Of a stretch of DNA of 32,000 nt, positions 19,772 through 28,977 are shown one piece after another. Below the pieces are notes generated by a model that had not been told where the DNA came from, searched no databases, and saw only the letters and a program-made list of their open reading frames with translations. The first letter of the stretch is position 1, and each line of letters opens with the position of its first letter. The position numbers were made by a program, and so were the translations under genes. Where the stretch lies: the NCBI RefSeq assembly GCF_003367075.2, contig NZ_CP065936.1, positions 150,001 to 182,000 of the forward strand, read 5' to 3'. This DNA is from Cylindrospermopsis raciborskii Cr2010. GTDB taxonomy: Bacteria; Cyanobacteriota; Cyanobacteriia; Cyanobacteriales; Nostocaceae.

Positions 19772-21142
19772 TTATTTCTTTGCTGTTTGAGCAACCTGGT
19801 CTAAGATTCCTAATACTTCTCTCTCAAAGGTAACTTGGGCCCGGTTAGTTTTTCCACCCACGTATAAGACATCACCATGTTGTAAGGCCCAAATTTGAGA
19901 ATGAGAAAAATAACTCATGACCACTCCTAGCATTAATAGGGCAAAACCTGTATACACAATAGGAATTCCTGGATCATATTTAATTTGTAAACCCGTGCTA
20001 CCGACAACATCAAGAATTTTTAAATTCACCCCGTTAACAGGTATGGACATTCCTGCGCGCACGGTATTTACTAATTTTCCTTCGTTATCATAGATTAAGA
20101 CCATACCTTGTAGATCTTTTGCTAACAGGGAAACTCCCGCACTTAAATCTGGTTTGGTTGGTATCCAGGTTCCCCATAATCTACCTTGGCCATTAGTATT
20201 TAGTAATGCCATGGGTAATTGAAAAATAGGACTGTTATTAATTTTGACTTTAACCGCAGCAATTCCCCAATCTGTTTGATAGAAGACTACACCATGATAG
20301 CGTAATGGTTTATTAACATAAATATTTTCATGGTTAACTTCTTCACCTTGGTAATTTAAAACTGATAGATCGGAGTAAAATTGGTCAATTCCCCCTTTGG
20401 GAGTATAATCAATCCAAAATCTGTTAACTTTAACAGACCAGTTTTTTAACACATCCTGAGAAGACCAAGCTCCCGCATCAATGATATTTTTCACCTGGAA
20501 GGTGTCACCGGAGGTAATCATTTCCTGGGCCATAAAGCCCGTCATTGCGCCCCATATTCCTCCTAGCAATATCATCACAATTCCAATATGTACAACAATA
20601 GGACCCATCTTACCAATTATCCCCTTACGAGCATAAAGTAGATGATTGCTTTCCTCTTGCTGGAAAATTTGATATTGGCTTTTCTTTAATAGGGCAGTGA
20701 TGGAATTTAAGTTAACATTATTTAATTCAGCACTAAGAGCTAGTTTATTAAACTTTCTTGGCTCGTCATAATATTGCCACTTTTGAGCGGTTTTTAAAGC
20801 TGGTAGTTGTCGTGTGAAGGTACACGCTGTTAAACTCACACCAAATAGGACCAGTAAGGACAAAAACCACCAAGTGCGATAAACATGATCTAACCCTACC
20901 ACCTGAATCACCTTCCAACTGAGAAAACCAAATAAAGCTGGATGTTCAGGATAATTGGCCTGATAAAAAGCAGGAGTTTGTCCCTGTTCGATTACGGTGC
21001 CACTAACACTAAAAACAGCAATGACTAATAATAAAACAATTGCTAATTTCAAATCGGTAAGTACGGGTAAAATTTCCTTTCTTATAAAACGAATCGGAAG
21101 GGAAACTAAGTTAAATTCTGGAGATGAAGAATCGAGTGTCAT
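19772..21142 (-). CDS. ccs1: Cytochrome c biogenesis protein Ccs1/ResB family
   Basis: [68 protein letters not shown], ResB family pattern; followed upstream by ccdA. Confidence 0.94.
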   Translation of the reverse strand: MTLDSSSPEFNLVSLPIRFIRKEILPVLTDLKLAIVLLLVIAVFSVSGTVIEQGQTPAFYQANYPEHPALFGFLSWKVIQVVGLDHVYRTWWFLSLLVLFGVSLTACTFTRQLPALKTAQKWQYYDEPRKFNKLALSAELNNVNLNSITALLKKSQYQIFQQEESNHLLYARKGIIGKMGPIVVHIGIVMILLGGIWGAMTGFMAQEMITSGDTFQVKNIIDAGAWSSQDVLKNWSVKVNRFWIDYTPKGGIDQFYSDLSVLNYQGEEVNHENIYVNKPLRYHGVVFYQTDWGIAAVKVKINNSPIFQLPMALLNTNGQGRLWGTWIPTKPDLSAGVSLLAKDLQGMVLIYDNEGKLVNTVRAGMSIPVNGVNLKILDVVGSTGLQIKYDPGIPIVYTGFALLMLGVVMSYFSHSQIWALQHGDVLYVGGKTNRAQVTFEREVLGILDQVAQTAKK

Positions 21143-21227
21143 TGCTGAAAGGTTTGAGGTTTACATTAATCAAGAGTGATAAGTAAGTTGGCGTTAAAAA
21201 ACCAAACTATGTAAAGATAAATAGGAT

Positions 21228-21300
21228 AAGTGGGTGAGTGGAATTAAACACAAGATGAACGTAGGTTGGGTTGAGGAACGAAACCCAACGCCCCCATGGG
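21228..21300 (+). repeat. Copy of dispersed repeat with hairpin, between ccs1 and ccdA
   Basis: AAGTGGGTGAGTGGAATTAAACACAAGATGAACGTAGGTTGGGTTGAGGAACGAAACCCAACGCCCCCATGGG; GTTGGGTT...AACCCAAC stem. Confidence 0.85.
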
Positions 21301-21331
21301 CATCCTACAAATAATTGTGCCTCCCTACTTA

Positions 21332-22072
21332 CTAATAAATACCAATAGGTAATCGAGAAAGCAAGGAAAAAACTCCAAAACCTACTAATAATACACCACT
21401 AACCGGGTTTATCCAACCCGACCACCGACGGAATTCCAGCAGTTTTTTAATGGTCGCAGTAAAGGTACCTGCTAAAATTAATGGTGTTACATATCCAGCT
21501 GTATATGCTAGTAGCAAAAATGCCCCTAATAAGAAATCTTGACTGTTGGCAACCCAACCTAATAAACTGGCTAGTACAGGGGTGCTACAGGGTGAAGCAA
21601 CTAACCCGAAGGTTAATCCAATACAATAGGAGCGAACCCCAGATGGCATGTCATTTGATATCCAATTGGTTTCACCCCAGGATGGAAATTGTAAGGGTAG
21701 AGCTTCTAATAGGTTTAAACCCATAATAATCGCCAAAATACTCACAATGATTGGTAGTCCCATTCCTACCTGACCATAAATCTTTCCTACTAAACCAGCT
21801 AGGATCCCTAAACCCGCTAATGTGGTTGCTAGTCCTAATGCAAACCAGGTAGATTGTGCAGCGGCTTGTAATCGGCTTTTAGCTTCATATCCTCCAATAT
21901 AACCAATGGTAATTGGCAGCATAGATAACATACAAGGAGTCAAACTCGTTAACAAGCCAGCAAGAAAGATGATGGCAATACTAATGATTGTTAGATGACT
22001 TAGTTGTTGGGTAACTAGGATGTTAGCGAATTGTTCCAGATGATAAATTTGGGTTTGCAGGTTCTCCAGCAT
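21332..22072 (-). CDS. ccdA: Cytochrome c biogenesis protein CcdA (DsbD transmembrane family)
   Basis: FLAGLLTSLTPCMLSMLPITIGYIGGY and GLTFGLVASPCSTPVLASLLGW cysteine-containing membrane motifs. Confidence 0.94.
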   Translation of the reverse strand: MLENLQTQIYHLEQFANILVTQQLSHLTIISIAIIFLAGLLTSLTPCMLSMLPITIGYIGGYEAKSRLQAAAQSTWFALGLATTLAGLGILAGLVGKIYGQVGMGLPIIVSILAIIMGLNLLEALPLQFPSWGETNWISNDMPSGVRSYCIGLTFGLVASPCSTPVLASLLGWVANSQDFLLGAFLLLAYTAGYVTPLILAGTFTATIKKLLEFRRWSGWINPVSGVLLVGFGVFSLLSRLPIGIY

Positions 22073-22263
22073 GGTTTATCTTTTTATCAAGTTATGAAGT
22101 CTTTCCCTATATCTTAGCTTAATTCTTGCCAAAAGGGGGAGAAGAGGAAGATAAGAGAGAATTGATTATTGGGGGAGGTTTGGTTTATAATGTGGTCACG
22201 CTTCTGATATTTTTTGGGCTTCTCTGGGTAAATTACCAAAAAATACAGACAGGAAGAAAAATC

Positions 22264-25200
22264 ATGACTAAATCATTTGCTGCAATTGATGGTAATGAAG
22301 CAGTAGCACGGGTGGCATATAAGTTAAATGAGGTGATTGCTATTTATCCAATTACTCCATCATCAAATATGGGTGAATGGACTGATGGCTGGATGGCAGA
22401 AAATAAACCCAATTTATGGGGGACAGTTCCCCAGGTGACTCAAATGCAAAGTGAAGGTGGTGCAGCTGCTGCTGTACATGGTGCCTTACAAACAGGGTCT
22501 TTAAGTACAACTTTTACTGCTTCCCAGGGTTTATTATTAATGATTCCCAATTTGTTTAAAATTGCAGGGGAATTAACTAGTTTTGTTCTTCATGTTTCTG
22601 CTCGTTCTTTGGCTACCCATGCTCTATCCATTTTTGGAGATCATAGTGATGTCATGGCAGCTAGAACTACTGGTTTTGCCTTACTTTGTTCAACTTCTGT
22701 ACAAGAAAGCCATGATTTTGCTCTGATTGCTCAGGTGGCAACTTTACAAGCTAGAGTTCCCTTTTTACATTTCTTTGATGGGTTTAGAACTTCCCATGAG
22801 GTGCAAAAAATTGAGTTGTTATCTGATGAAGTTTTACGAGAATTCCTACCTATAGATTTAGTATTATCCCATCGTCAAAGGTGTTTAACTCCCGACCAAC
22901 CAGTGTTAAGAGGTACAGCACAAAATCCAGATGTTTATTTTCAGTCCCGTGAAGGTGCTAATCCCTATTATCAAACCTGTCCAGAAATTGTGGAGAGGAT
23001 TATGAATAGGTTTGCCCAAAAGACGGGGAGACATTACAAACTATATGAATATCACGGTCATCCTCAAGCCCAACAAGTAATTGTTCTCATGGGTTCTGGT
23101 TGCGAAACGGTTCATGAAACTGTTGATTATCTCAATCAACAAGGAGAAAAATTAGGTGTTGTCAAAGTCCGACTTTTTCAACCTTTTGATGTGGGAAGAT
23201 TTATTGAAGCTCTACCCAATAGTGTAAAATCCATTGCTGTTTTGGATAGAACCAAAGAACCAGGAACTGTAGGAGAGCCTTTATATTTACAGGTAGTTAC
23301 TGCTATTCATGAAGGGTGGAAAAAATCCTCATTCCCTAAAATTGTTGGCGGAAGATATGGCTTATCTTCTAAAGAATTTACTCCAGCAATGGTCAAGGCA
23401 GTTTTTGAAAACCTGACTCAGCCCAAACCCAAAAATCATTTTACCATCGGGATTAAGGATGATGTGACTTTCACTTCCCTCAGTTTTGATCCTAGTTTTT
23501 CTACTGAACCAGATACTGTGGTGCGGGCCATGTTTTATGGTTTGGGTTCCGATGGCACAGTTGGTGCTAATAAAAACTCTATCAAAATTATTGCCGAGGG
23601 GACAGAAAATAATGCTCAGGCTTATTTTGTGTATGACTCTAAAAAATCTGGTTCTATGACCGTTTCTCATTTACGTTTTGGCATGGACAAAATTCGCTCT
23701 ACCTATCTCATTAATCAAGCCAATTTTATTGGTTGTCATCATTGGGGGTTTCTGGAGAATATTGATATCCTAAAAAATGCTGCTCCTGGTGGAGTGTTTT
23801 TACTCAATAGTCCCTATCAACCAGAGGAGGTTTGGCAATATTTACCTAGGAAAGTGCAACGGCAAATTCTTGACAAACACCTGAAAGTTTATGCTATTAA
23901 TGCCAATCTAGTGGCTAAAAACAGTGGTATGGGAAGAAGGATTAATACTATTATGCAGGTGTGCTTCTTTCAATTGGCGGGGATATTACCAGAAGTGGAA
24001 GCTATTGCCAAAATTAAACATTCCATTGAAAAAACCTACGCCAAAAAAGGTAATGATGTGGTGAAGATGAATTTGCAAGCGGTTGATAACACCCTAGCAA
24101 ATCTTCATCAGGTGTTAGTTCCTACAGTAGGAATTGTTGATGATAACCCGGTGAATTACCAATCATCCATGGGTAAACCTGAATTTATCCAGGGGGTTCT
24201 GAACAAAATCATGGTGTGGGAAGGGAATGATCTACCTGTGAGTGCTTTACCTGCTGACGGAACTTTCCCCACCGGTACCGCAAAGTGGGAAAAACGTAAT
24301 ATCGCGGAGGAAATTCCCGTTTGGGATGAAAATGTTTGTGTCCAGTGCGGGAAGTGTGTCATGGTTTGTCCCCATGCTACCATTCGTGCCAAAACTTATG
24401 CACCACACCAATTGCTAAATGCACCAGCAACTTTCAAGTCCACGGATGCTAAAGATAAAAGTTTTGCTGGGCAAAAATTTACTATTCAAATTGCACCTGA
24501 AGACTGTACAGGTTGTAGTTTATGTGTGAATATTTGTCCTGCTAAAAATAAAGCAGAACCCACAAAAAAGGCTTTGAATATGCACCCTCAAATACCTTTG
24601 AGAGCGCTGGAAAAAGAAAATTGGGAATTCTTTTTGAATTTACCCAATCCTGACCGCAGAAAGTTGAAATTAAATCAAATTCGTCAACAACAATTGCAAG
24701 AACCATTATTTGAATTCTCCGGAGCTTGTGCAGGATGCGGAGAAACTCCATATTTGAAATTACTCACCCAATTATTTGGAGACCGCGCCCTCATTGCTAA
24801 TGCTACCGGTTGCTCTTCTATTTATGGCGGTAATCTCCCAACTACTCCATGGACTAAAAACCAAGAAGGTCGAGGTCCTGCATGGTCTAATAGTTTATTT
24901 GAAGATAATGCGGAGTTTGGTTTTGGCTATCGCCTATCTATAGATAAACAGACAGAATTTGCAGTGGAACTATTGCAAAATTTACGTGGTCACATAGGCG
25001 ATCGCCTGGTTAATGACATAGTGCGAAACAGTCAAAAAACAGAGGTAGATATTTGGGAGCAAAGGGAAAATGTGTCCCATCTCAAACAGAGATTGAGTGA
25101 AATTCTAGCACAAACCCAGGAAGAAAACCTGGGAGTAAAAATCCAGAATTTGCAATCTTTAGCTGATTTTTTGGTCAAAAAGAGTGTGTGGATAGTAGGA

Positions 25201-25821
25201 GGCGATGGATGGGCTTATGATATTGATTTTCATGGCATTGACCATATTTTAGCCAGTGGTAAAAATGTGAATATTTTAGTCATGGATACGGAAGTTTATT
25301 CCAACACGGGGGGTCAATCTTCCAAAGCTACTCCCACTGCTGCGGTGGCAAAATTTGCTGCTAGTGGTAAACCAGCAGGAAAGAAAGATTTGGGTTTAAT
25401 GGCCATGACATATAATAATGTTTATGTTGCTAGTGTTGCTTTAGGTGCTAGGGATGAGCAAACATTAAAAGCCTTTTTAGAAGCAGAAGCTTTTGATGGT
25501 CCATCCCTAATAATTGCCTATAGTCATTGTATTGCTCACGGGATAGATATGACCAATGGTTTACAACAGCAAAAAGCCTTAGTTGAGTCTGGTAGATGGT
25601 TGTTATATCGCTATAATCCCACATTACAAAAGGAGGGAAAAAACCCCCTACAATTAGATATGAAAGCTCCCAGCGAACTGGTAGAGAAATCCATGTATCA
25701 GGAGAATCGGTTTAAGATCTTAATGAAGAGTAAACCGGAAATTGCCCAACAATTGTTGATACAAGCTCAACAGGAAGTTAATACCAGATGGGGTGTATAC
25801 CAATATTTGGCTAATAAATAA
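22264..25821 (+). CDS. nifJ: Pyruvate:ferredoxin (flavodoxin) oxidoreductase
   Basis: AAIDGNEAVARVAYKLNEVIAIYPITPSS, CVQCGKCVMVCPHA and CTGCSLCVNICPAK ferredoxin clusters, GACAGCGETPYLKL, TPP domain GGDGWAYDIDFHGIDH. Track start 22126; homologous start is ATG at 22264. Confidence 0.97.
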   Translation: MTKSFAAIDGNEAVARVAYKLNEVIAIYPITPSSNMGEWTDGWMAENKPNLWGTVPQVTQMQSEGGAAAAVHGALQTGSLSTTFTASQGLLLMIPNLFKIAGELTSFVLHVSARSLATHALSIFGDHSDVMAARTTGFALLCSTSVQESHDFALIAQVATLQARVPFLHFFDGFRTSHEVQKIELLSDEVLREFLPIDLVLSHRQRCLTPDQPVLRGTAQNPDVYFQSREGANPYYQTCPEIVERIMNRFAQKTGRHYKLYEYHGHPQAQQVIVLMGSGCETVHETVDYLNQQGEKLGVVKVRLFQPFDVGRFIEALPNSVKSIAVLDRTKEPGTVGEPLYLQVVTAIHEGWKKSSFPKIVGGRYGLSSKEFTPAMVKAVFENLTQPKPKNHFTIGIKDDVTFTSLSFDPSFSTEPDTVVRAMFYGLGSDGTVGANKNSIKIIAEGTENNAQAYFVYDSKKSGSMTVSHLRFGMDKIRSTYLINQANFIGCHHWGFLENIDILKNAAPGGVFLLNSPYQPEEVWQYLPRKVQRQILDKHLKVYAINANLVAKNSGMGRRINTIMQVCFFQLAGILPEVEAIAKIKHSIEKTYAKKGNDVVKMNLQAVDNTLANLHQVLVPTVGIVDDNPVNYQSSMGKPEFIQGVLNKIMVWEGNDLPVSALPADGTFPTGTAKWEKRNIAEEIPVWDENVCVQCGKCVMVCPHATIRAKTYAPHQLLNAPATFKSTDAKDKSFAGQKFTIQIAPEDCTGCSLCVNICPAKNKAEPTKKALNMHPQIPLRALEKENWEFFLNLPNPDRRKLKLNQIRQQQLQEPLFEFSGACAGCGETPYLKLLTQLFGDRALIANATGCSSIYGGNLPTTPWTKNQEGRGPAWSNSLFEDNAEFGFGYRLSIDKQTEFAVELLQNLRGHIGDRLVNDIVRNSQKTEVDIWEQRENVSHLKQRLSEILAQTQEENLGVKIQNLQSLADFLVKKSVWIVGGDGWAYDIDFHGIDHILASGKNVNILVMDTEVYSNTGGQSSKATPTAAVAKFAASGKPAGKKDLGLMAMTYNNVYVASVALGARDEQTLKAFLEAEAFDGPSLIIAYSHCIAHGIDMTNGLQQQKALVESGRWLLYRYNPTLQKEGKNPLQLDMKAPSELVEKSMYQENRFKILMKSKPEIAQQLLIQAQQEVNTRWGVYQYLANK

Positions 25822-25828
25822 ATGATAA

Positions 25829-25862
25829 GGGGGGGAAACCCCCCGCCCCATATCTTATTTTT
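25829..25862. terminator. Likely rho-independent terminator between convergent nifJ and infC
   Basis: GGGGGGGAAACCCCCC G/C hairpin immediately after the nifJ stop; T-tract TTATTTTTT on + strand downstream. Boundaries approximate; overlaps the end of infC. Confidence 0.55.
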
Positions 25863-26388
25863 TAGGAGAAATGAGCATCATCATATTTCTCCCTTCTTTT
25901 TTAGGAGCTTGTTGAACCTCACCAAAGGGTTCTAGGTCTGTAGCCATACGATTTAGTAAGGTCTCCGCTAAATCACTGTGCTGAATTTCTCGACCCCGGA
26001 ACATTACAGTGGCTTTAACCTTGTCCCCATCTTTAAGAAAGCGTTCCGCCTGCTTCACACGCACATTATAGTCGTGCTCCTCTATTTTGTAGCGCATTTT
26101 TACTTCCTTAACATCAGCCGTGTGCTGCTTTTTCCGGGCTTCCCGCGCCTTTTTTTCTTGCTCAAACTTATATTTCCCGTAGTCCATGATTCGACAAACC
26201 GGTGGGTCTGCTTTATCACTGAGCAAGACCAGGTCTAGCTCTTTTTCTTCTGCTAGTCGCAGAGCTTCTAATGGTGCCATGATACCCAATTGGGCACCTT
26301 CACTGTCAATGACTCGAATTTTTGGGAAACGAATACGTTCGTTAATTTGGGGGAGATCGCGAGTTCTTTTTTTCTCAATCACAGGCAT
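25855..26388 (-). CDS. infC: Translation initiation factor IF-3
   Basis: [66 protein letters not shown]. The track opens at 26511; the start giving the usual [23 protein letters not shown]-terminus is at 26388. Confidence 0.95.
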   Translation of the reverse strand: MPVIEKKRTRDLPQINERIRFPKIRVIDSEGAQLGIMAPLEALRLAEEKELDLVLLSDKADPPVCRIMDYGKYKFEQEKKAREARKKQHTADVKEVKMRYKIEEHDYNVRVKQAERFLKDGDKVKATVMFRGREIQHSDLAETLLNRMATDLEPFGEVQQAPKKEGRNMMMLISPKK

Positions 26389-26630
26389 TATGATTTTTAA
26401 GAGATCCTTTGTTAGAGATTTGGATTGGTCTTGGCTTACTTGGTTGCGTTTACTATGGAAATTTTTGAACCACGAAGGAAAAAGTTTAACTTGTTTCCTG
26501 ACCGTTTTCACATTCTAGTTTAGCACAAAACCTGTCGTCAAACGACTAGTTGCGAAACCAACAACAATTCTCATTTTAAAACATTTGTACTAAAAATCCT
26601 TGGATTTTTCCCCTTGGTGTGCCCTAACTA

Positions 26631-26966
26631 TCACATACGTGTAAGAGCTGATACTTTAGCTATCTTATTCACTTCTAGTCCCTCTAGATCTTTAATATGT
26701 AGCCAACCTTCCCTGACCAATTGGGCAAAAACAAATATCAACACAGAGTATCTATAGTCGTATTTGCCATCAATCTGATGCCTTCTTGCACTCAGGAAAT
26801 CGTGTAATTGCCATATCTCATCTAGTTTTGTAATCGTGCCGGCTTGTTCACGAACTGTTTCTATTAAGGCATTAATCTCTCGCTCATAAGCTAGATCAAA
26901 GGCTTTTCGAGCTAACTCCTTCTCTGTTGTAGACCACTCAATGTCATTCACTTGAACCATCCCCAT
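26631..26966 (-). CDS. frp: Fluorescence recovery protein (FRP), regulator of the orange carotenoid protein
   Basis: LARKAFDLAYEREINALIETVREQAGTITKLDEIWQLHDFLSARRHQIDGKYDYRYSVLIFVFAQLVREGWL matches the FRP pattern; directly downstream of ocp on the same strand. Confidence 0.92.
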   Translation of the reverse strand: MGMVQVNDIEWSTTEKELARKAFDLAYEREINALIETVREQAGTITKLDEIWQLHDFLSARRHQIDGKYDYRYSVLIFVFAQLVREGWLHIKDLEGLEVNKIAKVSALTRM

Positions 26967-27121
26967 ATTAACTGTTAGTTCTCAAAATTAGTTGTCAAAA
27001 TTAAAAATCACTTCCCAGGAGAAAGTGCTAAAGACCATATAACTCGTCTGTTGCAAGTGAGCGTACAAAGATTGTGTAAGCAAGAATACTAACCCCCACT
27101 TACACAAGCTAAAAAACTGCC

Positions 27122-28081
27122 CTATCGCATCAAGTTGAGCAGTTCCTTAGGAGAAGCTAATAAGTCAATTGCAACAAAGAAGATCTTACCCTGAGGATTA
27201 AGCAAGAATCGCCAAGCGATATTCATTCCCACGGACGAGCCAAACCAGGGAGTTTGTACTTTACCGGTCACCTTTATTTGGGTGTAACCATCTTCTACAG
27301 GTTCAGAAACTCCTCTTTCTGGAACCAGTGTCAGATTTTGACATTCCTCATTGAAAAATCTCAGAATGGCATCTCTGCCAACTATAGGTTTTTGAAAAGG
27401 GGGTTGGAGGGCACCGTCAGGAGCAAACAGATCGATTAAGGCACTGAAGTCATTAGCATTCAAATTATTTACGTAGCTTAGCACTGTTGAGTTAGTTAGC
27501 CCTTCAATGGTAACTTGAGTCCGCTTTGACATTTCCGTAGGAACAACAACAGGTTCAGATACTCTGGTATAATCACCCAACTTGTTTGGGTCAAATCCCA
27601 TATCCACTACAGTACTGCGTAAGGTTGTAATTTGCTGTCCCTGGTCCATTTCCCTCAGTGCTTGTAACACTGCTGCTGCATTAGCAGAAAGTTGGTATCC
27701 CGCTGGGATCGGAGCAACAATACCCTGTTCCATCCACTCACCCAGTTGATTCCAAAATCCTAGCTTGATATTAGGAGACCATGCTGCGTAGGTGCGGCAA
27801 ATTGGGGTATCGGCATTATTCGCCAAGTCACACATAGCCTGTGTTTGTTCAGGAAAAGACATTTGACGAATTTGATTCAACGTAGGTTCTGCGAACTGCA
27901 TGCTAGCAGCTCCTGGTGCGGCAATTGTAACGGTCTTGCCCATTTCAAGATAGGCAAACCAAATCCATGCTAGTTGATCTTCTGCACTGAGCTGCTTAAA
28001 TCGGGCGATTGTAGCTGGTACTGCATCAGCGGAAAGAGTTTGTGGAAAAATCCCACGAGCCGAGTCAATTGTAATTGCCAT
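27122..28081 (-). CDS. ocp: Orange carotenoid-binding protein (OCP)
   Basis: 319 aa; N-terminal carotenoid-binding TIDSARGIFPQTLSADAVPATIARFKQLSAEDQLAWIWFAYLEMGKT and C-terminal NTF2-like LIDLFAPDGALQPPFQKPIVGRDAI. Confidence 0.97.
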   Translation of the reverse strand: MAITIDSARGIFPQTLSADAVPATIARFKQLSAEDQLAWIWFAYLEMGKTVTIAAPGAASMQFAEPTLNQIRQMSFPEQTQAMCDLANNADTPICRTYAAWSPNIKLGFWNQLGEWMEQGIVAPIPAGYQLSANAAAVLQALREMDQGQQITTLRSTVVDMGFDPNKLGDYTRVSEPVVVPTEMSKRTQVTIEGLTNSTVLSYVNNLNANDFSALIDLFAPDGALQPPFQKPIVGRDAILRFFNEECQNLTLVPERGVSEPVEDGYTQIKVTGKVQTPWFGSSVGMNIAWRFLLNPQGKIFFVAIDLLASPKELLNLMR

Positions 28082-28199
28082 AGTGTAAACCCATATCTTG
28101 AATTACATCACACAAGATTAAGGATCCCACAAAACTGAACCCAATTATCCTTTTAGACAAATAAAACTTAACTTTTTTCTGCCAATATGGCAACGCCAC

Positions 28200-28667
28200 C
28201 TAGATGTCTTTTAATAACCAAAAACCAGTGAAAGTTATTCCTGAGTGGTCAGGTTGCACTAATAAAAAATGCACTCCCCCACTTACTTTTTTACGTTGTT
28301 GATAAACTTTACCAGCTGCTGTGACATCAATGTCTGTAAAAGTGGCTACTATCCAGGGATTCGTTGAACTAGACTGTAAAATCAATCCATCAGGGGCACC
28401 AGGAATATAGTTTAAACTAACTGGATTATTTTCATTTAACCATCTTGCTAAACGTAAAGACTGTTTACCACCATAAATTATCACTCCAGGTATGGAAACA
28501 GTCACAGCCAAACTAAGCTTAGCTGGTACAAAGGAGTCTGGTATTTTCTTAAATGGAATTGAACGACTACCAAACTCTTCGAGGATATCACCAGCACTAA
28601 CACTTGCAAAACACCACTGCTCCCCCCAAAGGCTCTCTGGTAATGGCATTGGTGGTAGCTGATTCAT
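28200..28667 (-). CDS. Tab2/Atab2-like (DUF1092) protein, C-terminal portion only
   Basis: PLPESLWGEQWCFASVSAGDILEEFGSRSIPFKKIPD, SVPGVIIYGGKQSLRLARWL-like, LNYIPGAPDGLILQ, WIVATFTDIDVTAAGKVYQQRKKVSGGVHFLLVQPDHSGITFTGFWLL resemble the C-terminal half of the family; only 155 aa and an in-frame TAA just upstream. Confidence 0.65.
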   Translation of the reverse strand: MNQLPPMPLPESLWGEQWCFASVSAGDILEEFGSRSIPFKKIPDSFVPAKLSLAVTVSIPGVIIYGGKQSLRLARWLNENNPVSLNYIPGAPDGLILQSSSTNPWIVATFTDIDVTAAGKVYQQRKKVSGGVHFLLVQPDHSGITFTGFWLLKDI

Positions 28668-28711
28668 ACCGAGACTCCCTACAACTTATGAACTATCGAA
28701 CTATATTAAAT

Positions 28712-28784
28712 GGCTCAGGTCGGATTCGAACCAACGACCCCAGGCTTATGAGTCCCGTGCTCTAACCTACTGAGCTACTGAGCC
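28712..28784 (-). tRNA. tRNA-Met (anticodon CAT)
   Basis: Reverse strand GGCTCAGTAGCTCAGTAGGTTAGAGCACGGGACTCATAAGCCTGGGGTCGTTGGTTCGAATCCGACCTGAGCC folds as a cloverleaf: 7-bp acceptor GGCTCAG/CTGAGCC, GGTTCGAATCC T-arm, CTCATAA anticodon loop. No encoded CCA. Elongator Met preferred; Ile2 (k2C34) not excluded by eye. Confidence 0.93.
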
Positions 28785-28977
28785 TAACTTTTTATTTGTC
28801 TAACCTATCCTAGCACAGTATTTCCTCCATGACAACTCCCCAAAAGAAATTTTTTGGTCCTGATTATCCCGCAGATTTTGGTCAGGATAATCAGGACGTG
28901 CTGGGTATTGGCAGCTTTTAACCATAAGCTTATCTTAAATAACCAACAAGCAAAGTGGTTAAACATCAACCAAATAA

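Noticed and set aside
24156-24751. Minus-strand ORFs within nifJ (also 23362..23670)
   Set aside because: Antisense shadows of a clear PFOR coding sequence.
25978-26518. Plus-strand ORFs 25978..26238 and 26186..26518
   Set aside because: Antisense to infC.
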